Below are positions 1 through 8,047 of a stretch of 64,000 nucleotides of DNA, in pieces. The stretch spans positions 502,477 to 566,476 of the forward strand of contig CAWITS010000005.1 in assembly GCA_963839195.1 (NCBI GenBank), in the 5' to 3' direction. The notes beneath the pieces were generated by a model. It was not told the DNA's origin. It was given only the letters and a program-made list of their open reading frames with translations, and ran no database searches. The translations under genes and the position numbers were made by a program. Within the stretch, counting starts at the first letter, position 1; every line of letters starts with the position of its first letter. The stretch is from an uncultured Acidobacteriaceae bacterium (GTDB lineage: Bacteria; Acidobacteriota; Terriglobia; Terriglobales; Acidobacteriaceae).

Positions 1-437
1 AAATCCGCCAGAACTCCCAATTGTTTCGCGAACTTCTCGTCGTTGGCTTCCTCTTCGGCATGAAAACGGAGGTTCTCCAGCAGCAGCGTCTGGCCTTTTT
101 CCAGTTGCGTGGCCACTTCCTCCGCTTCCGGACCGACGCACTCCGGACAGAAGCCCACGTTTTCGCCACGCGCGAGTTCTTTGTCCAGCACCATGCGCAG
201 CCGCTCGGCCACCGGCTTCAGGCTCATTTTCAGATTAACCTTGCCTTTGGGCCGCCCCAGATGCGAGGCGAGAATCAATCTCGCCCCATGGCGCAGGGCG
301 TACTCGATGGAGGGCAGAGTTTCGCGGATGCGCGTGTCGTCCATGACGCGTCCGTCTTCCAAAGGAACATTGAAGTCGACGCGCATGAAGATGCGGTTGC
401 CGTTTAGCGGGAGGTCACGGATGGAAAGCTTGGACAT
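1..437 (-). CDS. pgk: phosphoglycerate kinase, N-terminal part (gene runs off the window start)
   Basis: Not in ORF track because truncated. Reverse complement from ATG (437-435) reads [65 protein letters not shown]..., a canonical PGK N-terminus. It lies directly downstream of gap on the same strand. Confidence 0.9.
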   Translation of the reverse strand, partial: MSKLSIRDLPLNGNRIFMRVDFNVPLEDGRVMDDTRIRETLPSIEYALRHGARLILASHLGRPKGKVNLKMSLKPVAERLRMVLDKELARGENVGFCPECVGPEAEEVATQLEKGQTLLLENLRFHAEEEANDEKFAKQLGVLAD

Positions 438-440
438 TGG

Positions 441-485
441 CTGGTTCGTCCTAAATTCGTTCGTCCTTGACTGGTTCGTCCTTAA
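441..485 (-). repeat. 3 x 15-nt tandem repeat in gap-pgk spacer
   Basis: ctggttcgtcctaaa / ttcgttcgtccttga / ctggttcgtccttaa at 441-455, 456-470, 471-485. The array ends 3 nt before the pgk ATG. On the coding (minus) strand each unit contains an SD-like AAGGA. Confidence 0.85.
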
Positions 486-577
486 ACAGCGGCACTATAA
501 AAGTAGCGCCGCTGTCCCCGGCGGCTGTCGTGCGGGCGTTCCCGCCCGCACTCCAGAAAGCCGGCGAGACGCCAGCG

Positions 578-1588
578 CTACAGACCCTTGCTGGCGATGT
601 AGTGAATCAGATCCCGCACCCGGCAGGAGTATCCCCATTCGTTGTCATACCAGGAGATCACCTTGACGCAATTGCCGCCGACTACGAGGGTCACGGGTGC
701 ATCCACGATGGAAGAACGTGGATCGCCCTTGAAATCCGACGAAACCAGTTCCCCTTCTTCAAAACCCAGGTAACCCTTCAGCGGCCCGCTTTCGGATGCC
801 TTCTTCAGCGCCGCATTCACTTCCTCCTTCGTCGTTTTCTTTTCTACCCACGCCACCAGATCGACTACCGAGACGTTGGGCGTAGGCACGCGCATGGAGA
901 AACCGTCCAGTTTTCCGGCCAGCTCGGGAAGGACGAGCTTCAAGGCCTTCGCCGCTCCCGTGGAGGTCGGGATCATGTTGATTGCCGCAGCCCGCGCCCG
1001 GCGCAGGTCTTTGTGCGGGAAGTCAAGAATGACCTGATCATTCGTATAAGAGTGAATCGTGGTCATGGTCCCGCTGACAATCTTGAAAGCATCATTGATT
1101 ACTTTGGCGATTGGGGCCAGGCAGTTCGTAGTACAAGACGCGTTGGAAATGATGTTGTGCTTGGCGGCATCGTACTTCTCCTGATTCACGCCCAGCACAA
1201 GTGTGACGTCTTCATTCTTCGCGGGAGCGGAGATGATGACCTTCTTCACCGATCCCCGCAGGTGCTTTTTTGCATCGTTGGCGTCGGTGAAGTGCCCGGT
1301 CGACTCAATCACCACCTGAGCGCCCACCGAATCCCACGGCAGCGCGCCGGGATCCCTTTCCTTGAACACCCGGATGGTTTTGTTATCGATCGTGATGCTG
1401 TCTGCGCCTGCTGAAATCTTGTTGGGCAGGTTGCCAAGAATGGAATCGTATTTCAGCAGGTGCGCCAGCGTCTTGGGGTCGGTGAGATCGTTTACTGCGA
1501 CAAACTCGAGGTTGGGATCATTGAGCGAGGTCCGCAAAACGTTGCGGCCAATGCGTCCAAATCCGTTAATACCAACTTTAATTGCCAT
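578..1588 (-). CDS. gap: glyceraldehyde-3-phosphate dehydrogenase (type I)
   Basis: 336 aa. [16 protein letters not shown] Rossmann start and catalytic [12 protein letters not shown] motif. Confidence 0.95.
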   Translation of the reverse strand: MAIKVGINGFGRIGRNVLRTSLNDPNLEFVAVNDLTDPKTLAHLLKYDSILGNLPNKISAGADSITIDNKTIRVFKERDPGALPWDSVGAQVVIESTGHFTDANDAKKHLRGSVKKVIISAPAKNEDVTLVLGVNQEKYDAAKHNIISNASCTTNCLAPIAKVINDAFKIVSGTMTTIHSYTNDQVILDFPHKDLRRARAAAINMIPTSTGAAKALKLVLPELAGKLDGFSMRVPTPNVSVVDLVAWVEKKTTKEEVNAALKKASESGPLKGYLGFEEGELVSSDFKGDPRSSIVDAPVTLVVGGNCVKVISWYDNEWGYSCRVRDLIHYIASKGL

Positions 1589-1759
1589 GATTTCTCCGTT
1601 CTTAAACGTTCTATGAGTGCGATTTTAGAAGCCTTCCTGAGCCAGTAGACAGACAGATGATGTTAGCAGGACGGCGGACCGGCGTAAATGATCTGACCGC
1701 TGATTGAGAAAGCCCGATTCCCATCACGGAAACCAGTGCTTCCGGTCCTTGACAGGAGG

Positions 1760-2122
1760 TTACGGGAAGCTTAATTCCAGAAAAGCGTCCGCCCTGCTAA
1801 AGGGCGACGTCAGCCGGGCCAACAAATACTTCCGGTTGATGGTCAGTCGTGCGTGGGCTTGCTCTTCCTGCGGTAGGATGCGTGCCAGGGCCGCGACCTC
1901 GTTCCCGGTGACTTTGCCCCGGATCGTGCAGGGAGCAACCGTCACCTGCGGATTATTGCGAATGCGCTTCGTCTTCCCCATCTTGCTGAGGGTCATTACG
2001 TAAAGCTTGTCGCCATCTTCGCCGAACCATACCGGGGTCGCGATCTTGGCCCCATTCTTGCGGAATGTGCCAAGAGAGATGTATCTCTGGCTGCGGATTG
2101 TGGAGGGGATTGGCTGAGCCAT
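1760..2122 (-). CDS. pyridoxamine 5'-phosphate oxidase-like (PPOX/F420-dependent family) small protein
   Basis: 120 aa. 'LGTFRKNGAKIATPVWFGEDGDKLYVMT...NPQVTVAPC' is typical of the split-barrel PPOX family. Confidence 0.65.
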   Translation of the reverse strand: MAQPIPSTIRSQRYISLGTFRKNGAKIATPVWFGEDGDKLYVMTLSKMGKTKRIRNNPQVTVAPCTIRGKVTGNEVAALARILPQEEQAHARLTINRKYLLARLTSPFSRADAFLELSFP

Positions 2123-2219
2123 AGCTCACATTCTAGCGGACTTCACTCGGCTGTCGCGCGTGGTTCGCCTGCGGTCTGGCCGATTGATCCCGCCCTCTCT
2201 TCTGTGTTAAAAGCCTTGC

Positions 2220-3206
2220 ATGCGTAAATGGATGCGCGAGCGCTTGCAGCGCCGCAAAAAGACGCCGGCAGAGCCCGCCGATCAGCCTGCGCCTCCGCCT
2301 TTGCAGCCGGCTTATTTTGATGCGGAACAAGCGCCGAGCGCGTCTCCTGACGCCGAGAAGACACCATCTGAGGATGCCGTTATATCAGCGCCTGCGCAGG
2401 ATGTTCGACCGTCGCGCAGGTCGTCTTCAACCCCGGCGGAGCAATCTTCCGAAGAACCGTCTTTAGAAGCGCCTGCGGCCGAAGAGACTGCTCCGGTGCG
2501 AACATCAAACACCGGCCGCGGACGCCGCCGTCGCGGTGGGCGCGGTCGAGGTGGCCGCGGACGCGAGCAGGCCGTCGCGCAAGCCTTTGCCCCCGCGGCA
2601 GTGAAGGGATCCGTTCCAGTAGTGCCCGCTGCGCCGACAGACGAAGAGTTTGCGGACGCTGGAGCAGAAGAGCCAATCGTAAGTCCTTCCGCTGTGGCCG
2701 CGCCGAGGGTTCCCTCCACTCCTGCCGCGCCGCAACGTCCGCCGAAAGGCGTGGTCGTTCTGGCGATCGGGCTGCCTGGCTCGGGCAAGAGTTCGTGGTT
2801 CAAGCGCCACAACGTGGTCCCACTCTCCAGTGACATGGTGCGCTCGCTGCTCTTCGACGATGTGCGCGAGCAGCGTTTTCAGGATCTCGTGTTTTCCAAC
2901 CTCCGCTCCATGCTCAAGGCAAGACTCATCGCCAAGCGTCCCATGAATTATGTGGACGCCACCAACCTGACGCCGCAGGAACGGCAACACTGGATCAAGC
3001 TGGCCAAAGATTACCAATATGAAGTGCACGCCGTCTTTTTCGATGTGCCGCTCGAGGTCTGTGTCGAGCGCCACCAGCGCCGTGATAGCGTCGTTCCTGA
3101 AGATGTGATGCGCCGCATGGCCGCCAAGCTAAAGCCTCCGGCGTTCGAAGAGGGCTTCGCCAAGATAACCGTCGTCCGGGTAAAGAAGAAGGAATCCGAG
3201 AGCTAA
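2220..3206 (+). CDS. P-loop kinase (AAA_33 / polynucleotide-kinase-like) with long disordered RG-rich N-terminus
   Basis: 328 aa. C-terminal ~150 aa carry Walker A 'GLPGSGKSS', then 'YVDATNLTPQERQ' and 'VFFDVPLEVCVERHQRR', as in PNK-type kinase domains. The N-terminal ~175 aa are Pro/Ala/Ser/Glu-rich and include 'GRGRRRRGGRGRGGRGRE'. Confidence 0.7.
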   Translation: MRKWMRERLQRRKKTPAEPADQPAPPPLQPAYFDAEQAPSASPDAEKTPSEDAVISAPAQDVRPSRRSSSTPAEQSSEEPSLEAPAAEETAPVRTSNTGRGRRRRGGRGRGGRGREQAVAQAFAPAAVKGSVPVVPAAPTDEEFADAGAEEPIVSPSAVAAPRVPSTPAAPQRPPKGVVVLAIGLPGSGKSSWFKRHNVVPLSSDMVRSLLFDDVREQRFQDLVFSNLRSMLKARLIAKRPMNYVDATNLTPQERQHWIKLAKDYQYEVHAVFFDVPLEVCVERHQRRDSVVPEDVMRRMAAKLKPPAFEEGFAKITVVRVKKKESES

Positions 3207-3237
3207 CCAACCTTTTCAGAAACAGCGCAGGCCTATT

Positions 3238-3337
3238 TGTCATCCCGAGCAACGCGAGGGATCTTGGTTCTTACCTGCGCTACCTGCGCCGCCGCAGCCA
3301 GCAAACCCCAAGATCTCTCGCTTCGCTCGGGATGACA
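3238..3337. repeat. 100-bp MITE-like element: two inverted REP-A half-units
   Basis: Left end tgtcatcccgagcaacgcgagggatcttgg (3238-3267). Right end ccaagatctctcgcttcgctcgggatgaca (3308-3337) is its near-perfect reverse complement. Sits between two convergent genes. Confidence 0.85.
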
Positions 3338-3369
3338 ACCCCTTTGTGGCGGCGAATTCGGCGGGACGT

Positions 3370-3981
3370 TCACTCCTTCAGATACGGCAACATTTCCTTG
3401 AATGCCGGCGAAGACGAGGACCGCATCAGTTCATAGATCATCATCTCGGTCGTGGAAATCACCGCGCCCGCGGCGCGCATTCGCTCCAGGCCGATCTTCC
3501 AGTTCCATTCCGTTCGCGAGCTGACTGCATCCGAGGCGACATGCACAAGATAGCCTTCACGCAGAGCCGCCAGAGCAGTCTGCATCACGCAGATGTGGCT
3601 CTCCATGCCGCATAGCAACAAGGTGTTGCGGTTCCCGGGCAGCCGCTTGAGCAGCGTGCAGAAAACATCGCTGCCAAAACAGGAGAACCTGTCTTTATCG
3701 ATGGCTTCGGTTTCCGGCAGCAGGGAAGCGATCTCCGTCACAGTCTTGCCCAGCCCCTTCGCGTATTGTGTGCTGACAATTGCCGGAATCTTGAGAGCCG
3801 CGGCCGCTCGGACCAGCAACTTCGAATTACGCAACAGTTGTTCCTTCTGAAAAATCGGCGGGAGAAGTTTTTCCTGAATATCCACCACGATGAGCGCGCA
3901 CTGACTCGACTCCGGGGGACGGCGCGCAATTTCGGTATATTCGGTGGAGATGGCAGAAACATTCTCGGAGACAGTGACCAT
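3370..3981 (-). CDS. isochorismatase-family cysteine hydrolase
   Basis: Start taken at MVTVSEN (ATG 3981-3979, AGGAG upstream). 'CALIVVDIQEKLL', 'STQY', 'LLLCGMESHICVMQTAL' are isochorismatase-like motifs. The longer ORF to 4119 would overlap the tRNA. Confidence 0.8.
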   Translation of the reverse strand: MVTVSENVSAISTEYTEIARRPPESSQCALIVVDIQEKLLPPIFQKEQLLRNSKLLVRAAAALKIPAIVSTQYAKGLGKTVTEIASLLPETEAIDKDRFSCFGSDVFCTLLKRLPGNRNTLLLCGMESHICVMQTALAALREGYLVHVASDAVSSRTEWNWKIGLERMRAAGAVISTTEMMIYELMRSSSSPAFKEMLPYLKE

Positions 3982-4104
3982 AAACACTCCTAGCGGACGG
4001 TGCAACGGACAGAGTGAGGCAGACAGACAGAGTTTAGCGCGAACCGACGTGCTGGAACACCGGACGGTTGACCGCGTACCCGACACGTTGGATAATAAGC
4101 TGAT

Positions 4105-4179
4105 TGCCCCCTCGTTCAACGGCTAGGACACCTGCCTCTGGAGCAGGTTATCGGGGTTCGAATCCCTGGGGGGCAGCCA
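4105..4179 (+). tRNA. tRNA-Gln (anticodon CUG), CCA encoded
   Basis: Hand-folded cloverleaf. Acceptor 4105-4111 pairs with 4169-4175. D-stem is 4114-4117/4126-4129. Anticodon stem is 4131-4135/4143-4147 with loop CUCUGGA (anticodon CTG at 4138-4140). T-arm is CGGGG-TTCGAAT-CCCTG. Discriminator G plus CCA at 4176-4179. Confidence 0.9.
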
Positions 4180-4220
4180 GGTCCTGCCTGCGACTCTCCG
4201 CTGTTCTCCCGCAAACTGCA

Positions 4221-6512
4221 TTACTTAGCCAGCGTATCCAAATCCGACGCAGCGGAATCGACAAGAGCAGCTTCGCTTTCGAGCACCTTGGCGACGCGCG
4301 CGATCTCAGTGTCGGCCTCTTGCCAGCGCCGTTGCTCGATCGCCTCACGAATGCCCGGCATGGTCTTCGGCCCGTATCCGGTATAAACGCCGGGAGCATA
4401 AATCATGTGTCGATACCAGGGGCGGCGGGGAAGACCCGCGGGATCGGTGAGCCGGCGCTCACTTTCCAGCAGTTTCTGATTCAGCGCGGCTAAGCGCTTG
4501 TCATTCCCAGGAAATCCCGCCGCTTCAGCTTTGTTGAAGGCCGTCTTGTAACGCTCTGCGCTCTTCGCGAGTGCTTCGACGGCATTCTCCAAAGGTGCAA
4601 AGTTCAAGTGCGGCGGAATGCCTTCCGGCGGCGGCGCGACGGTCGGCTTGCGCGGATCGAGCGACGCGTGAAATGCACCCTCCTTTAACTCCAGTTCACG
4701 TTCGTGAGCTTCATCCTGCTTATTCTGCAAGAGCTTTTGCAGGTCTTTGTTGTAAGTCTGCATGGTGTCGGCGAGATCGGTGAACTCGTAGGGCAGAACG
4801 TCGGCGTCGGCCATTCGCATCACCGCGGTGCCAATGGTCTGCGAGAGGGTGACCCCGTACGCAAAGTTGGTATCGGAGAAATGCGTGTACCAATAGAAGT
4901 CATCGTAGATGGAGTGGTATATCCCGGCGTCGTCTTCCCCTCCGTAGCCAAGGTTGAGAGATGCGACTCCAAGGTGGTCGACAAAGGCTGTGTAATCGGT
5001 ACCGGAGCCGAGAGCATTCATGCGCAAATCAGCCCGCTGGCGCAACTCTTTGCGTTCCTCGTCAGACTTGGCTTGGGTGATGTCGACCAGCCGGTTGCGT
5101 TCGAAAACCGTAAGCTTGCTCTCGGGATCCTCGACACTGCGAGCCACATTATTCATGAAGTGCTCCAGCGAATGTGAGCCCTCCATCAACAGATAGCCGC
5201 GATCGTTGCTGTCGGAGTTGATGTAGACAGCGGCGTGCTCCTGCAATTCGCGCCCGTGGGTTTCGGCCCAGGCAGTCGAACCCAGCAGCATCGGCTCTTC
5301 GCCGTCCCAGGCGCAATAGATGATCGTGCGCTTCGGCTTCCACCCTTGCTTGAGAAGCTCGCCGAACGAGCGGGCTTCTTCCAGCAAAGCGACCTGGCCT
5401 GAGATGGGATCCTCGGCGCCGTTCACCCAGCCATCGTGATGGTTGCCGCGCACCACCCATTCATCGGCTTCGGTCGAACCGGGGATGCGGGCGATGACGT
5501 CGTTTACATCCTTGACGTCCCAGTTTGCTTCGACCACCAAATGCACTTTCGCCGCGCCGGGGCCAACGTGATAAGGAATCGGCAGAGCTCCGCGCCATTC
5601 TTCGGGCGCAAGGGGGCCGGTGAGAGCGGCGAGCAGCGGCTCCGCGTCTCCGTAAGAGATGGGCAGAGTTGGAATCTTGGTGATGCTGGGAGCGTTACTC
5701 GCGGTCATGTGCGGCGCATTTGGGTCGCCTCGATCAGGAGTGAGAGGATCACCGGGATAAGACGACGGAAAGTCCATCACGCTGCCGCGCTGCACGCCTT
5801 GATCGGGACGCATCGCGCCTTTAGGAAAAACATCACCATCGAAATAGCCGTCATCTTTGGGATCGGAATAGATCAGGCAGCCCACCGCGCCATGCTCGGC
5901 CGCAACCTTAGGCTTGATACCGCGCCACGACTCGCCGTAGCGCGCGATGACAATTGCGCCCTCCACTGAAACGCCGAGACGCTGCAGGCGGTCGTAGTCT
6001 TCGGGCAAGCCATAATTTACGTAAACCAGAGGCGCGGTCACGTCTCCATCGCGCGAGTAGGCGTTGTAGGTGGGAAGCTGTTCGTCCTGCTGATTGGAAG
6101 TTGGATCCTCGGCTAAGGCAGGTTCCTGCAATTTAGCAACGTAGGACGTCGGCGCAATCAACTCCACCAGGCGGCGCTTGGGCGTGGGGAAAAGCACTTT
6201 GAAGGTTTCAATGTGAGCATCCAACCCCCACTCTTTGAACTTCGAGAGGATCCACTCGGCGTTTTGCTTGTCGTAGGCAGACCCCACATGGTGAGGGCGG
6301 GCGCTCAGCAATTGCATAGCGTCGCGTTGCTTCTGTGGGTTGGGAATGGCGCGGAACTTGCTTTCCCACTCTTGCTCACTACGCGCGCTTTGCTTTGAAA
6401 ATCCGTCGAGCGTGGCGTCTTGATTCGCTTCCGGAGAATCTGCCACAGCTGGGTGTAGAAACAAGCTCAGAAACAAGCCGCTGATGAGGAAGGTGAGGAT
6501 TGAGCGCTGCAT
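4221..6512 (-). CDS. M28-family peptidase, glutamate carboxypeptidase II / transferrin-receptor-like (PA + M28 + dimerisation domains), secreted
   Basis: Start at MQRSILTFLISGLFLSLFL (ATG 6512-6510, AGGAGG upstream), with a signal peptide. 'AWDGEEPMLLGSTAWAE' matches the GCPII 'WDAEEFGLLGS' zinc-ligand block. 'RGNHHDGW'. Confidence 0.85.
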   Translation of the reverse strand: MQRSILTFLISGLFLSLFLHPAVADSPEANQDATLDGFSKQSARSEQEWESKFRAIPNPQKQRDAMQLLSARPHHVGSAYDKQNAEWILSKFKEWGLDAHIETFKVLFPTPKRRLVELIAPTSYVAKLQEPALAEDPTSNQQDEQLPTYNAYSRDGDVTAPLVYVNYGLPEDYDRLQRLGVSVEGAIVIARYGESWRGIKPKVAAEHGAVGCLIYSDPKDDGYFDGDVFPKGAMRPDQGVQRGSVMDFPSSYPGDPLTPDRGDPNAPHMTASNAPSITKIPTLPISYGDAEPLLAALTGPLAPEEWRGALPIPYHVGPGAAKVHLVVEANWDVKDVNDVIARIPGSTEADEWVVRGNHHDGWVNGAEDPISGQVALLEEARSFGELLKQGWKPKRTIIYCAWDGEEPMLLGSTAWAETHGRELQEHAAVYINSDSNDRGYLLMEGSHSLEHFMNNVARSVEDPESKLTVFERNRLVDITQAKSDEERKELRQRADLRMNALGSGTDYTAFVDHLGVASLNLGYGGEDDAGIYHSIYDDFYWYTHFSDTNFAYGVTLSQTIGTAVMRMADADVLPYEFTDLADTMQTYNKDLQKLLQNKQDEAHERELELKEGAFHASLDPRKPTVAPPPEGIPPHLNFAPLENAVEALAKSAERYKTAFNKAEAAGFPGNDKRLAALNQKLLESERRLTDPAGLPRRPWYRHMIYAPGVYTGYGPKTMPGIREAIEQRRWQEADTEIARVAKVLESEAALVDSAASDLDTLAK

Positions 6513-6617
6513 GGGCCTCCTGAGATTTACGACCAACGAGTATGCCACGGAAGGCCGTTGCTTTGATGTGCCCGGAGAAATTTGTTAGGCTGTCGCCGTT
6601 TACGGGAGGCACATGTC

Positions 6618-7928
6618 ATGAAACGTTACGGCCATGGGTTTCTTGCTGTTGTCCTGCTTCTTTCGATTTCGAGCAGCTCCATTTACGCTCAACAATCCTC
6701 TGCGCCGGCCCCGAGGCGCGTCGCCATTCGAGCCGGGCGCCTGATCGACTGCAAGAGCGATGCCGCCATTTCGAACGTCCTTATCCTGATCGAAGGTGAC
6801 AAGATTCTCAGCGTCACTCCCGGCGGTTCCGCTCCCGCAGGCGTCGAGCTGATCGATCTTTCAAAGGCCACAGTCCTTCCCGGCTTTGTCGACGCCCACA
6901 CCCACGTTTTGTTGCAAGGGGATATCACTGCGGAAGATTATGACAAGCAACTCCTGAAGCAGTCCATTCCGTATCGCGCCATTCTCGCCGCGCGCAATGC
7001 GCAGATTGCGCTCTCTCATGGCTTCACCGCGCTGCGCGACCTCGAAACCGAAGGCGCAATGTACGCCGACGTCGATCTCAAGCAGGCCATCGCCAATGGC
7101 GAAATCGTAGGCCCGCACATGCAGGTGGCCACCCGGGCGATGGCTCCGACCGGCATGTATCCACTGCTCGGCTATTCCTGGGAACTCCATGTGCCCACGG
7201 GTGTGCAGTATGTCGATGGTGTGGAAGAAGCCGTGAAAGCAGTCCGCGAACAGGCGATGTTCGGCGCCGATTGGATCAAGTATTACTCCGACCACGGCTA
7301 CTTCTATGGTCCTGATGGTGTGCTGCACAGCCATGTCAATTTCACTGACGCGGAGGCAAAGGCGATCGTCGATGAAGCGCATCGCATCGGAAAGAAAGTC
7401 GCGGCGCACGCCATCGGCAACGACGGGATCGCCGCCGCCCTGAGAGCTGGCGTCGATTCCATCGAGCACGGCGATGGGCTCAGCGCGCCGCAAATGGAAG
7501 AGATGGCCCGCCGCGGCATTTACTGGATTCCCACCATTGCCGTGGGCGCGTATGTCGCCTCCGGTCGCCAGGGCAACTGGCCGAAGATGGTGGACACTGA
7601 AAAGGCCGCGTTTCAATTGGCTCTGAAAAAGGGAGTGAAGATAGTCCTCGGTACCGACGCCGGTGGTTTCGACTGGAGAGACTTGAACGAAGCGAAGGAA
7701 TTCGAATACTACGTCGACTACGGCATGACGCCGCAGCAGGCGATTCGAACCGCCACCACCACGGCCGCCGAACTCCTCGGCTGGTCTGACAAGATGGGAA
7801 CCATCGAAGCCGGAAAGTGGGCCGATTTGGTAGCCGTCTCCGGCGACCCTCTCAAGGACATTACCGAACTCGAGCGCATCAAATTCGTGATGAAGTCCGG
7901 CGCCGTTTTCAAGAACGAATACAAATGA
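6618..7928 (+). CDS. amidohydrolase-family metallohydrolase (imidazolonepropionase / Xaa-Pro dipeptidase-like), secreted
   Basis: Start at MKRYGHGFLAVVLLL (ATG 6618, GGGAGG upstream). 'LPGFVDAHTHV' HxH metal motif. 'VAAHAIG', 'SIEHG', 'LGTDAG'. Confidence 0.85.
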   Translation: MKRYGHGFLAVVLLLSISSSSIYAQQSSAPAPRRVAIRAGRLIDCKSDAAISNVLILIEGDKILSVTPGGSAPAGVELIDLSKATVLPGFVDAHTHVLLQGDITAEDYDKQLLKQSIPYRAILAARNAQIALSHGFTALRDLETEGAMYADVDLKQAIANGEIVGPHMQVATRAMAPTGMYPLLGYSWELHVPTGVQYVDGVEEAVKAVREQAMFGADWIKYYSDHGYFYGPDGVLHSHVNFTDAEAKAIVDEAHRIGKKVAAHAIGNDGIAAALRAGVDSIEHGDGLSAPQMEEMARRGIYWIPTIAVGAYVASGRQGNWPKMVDTEKAAFQLALKKGVKIVLGTDAGGFDWRDLNEAKEFEYYVDYGMTPQQAIRTATTTAAELLGWSDKMGTIEAGKWADLVAVSGDPLKDITELERIKFVMKSGAVFKNEYK

Positions 7929-8047
7929 ACGCCATTCGGCCCGACTCGTTGAAGATAATCTAAGAAGCAGCCACAAAACTTTACAGCGCCAGACAGGGCA
8001 GAGCGGTATGATCCCGACAAGACGGCACCGAGCGTCTGCGCCATGCT

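Noticed and set aside
2312-2836. 174-aa minus-strand ORF opposite the RG-rich region of the kinase gene
   Set aside because: It is the mirror image of a low-complexity coding region, has no start context, and its composition (Ala/Gly/Ser/Arg runs) is an antisense artefact.
3982-4119. Upstream extension of the isochorismatase ORF (ORF track 3370-4119)
   Set aside because: The extension would overlap tRNA-Gln (4105-4179). The internal ATG at 3981 has an AGGAG ribosome site, and the extra 46 residues are Ser/Cys/Arg-rich and non-coding-like.
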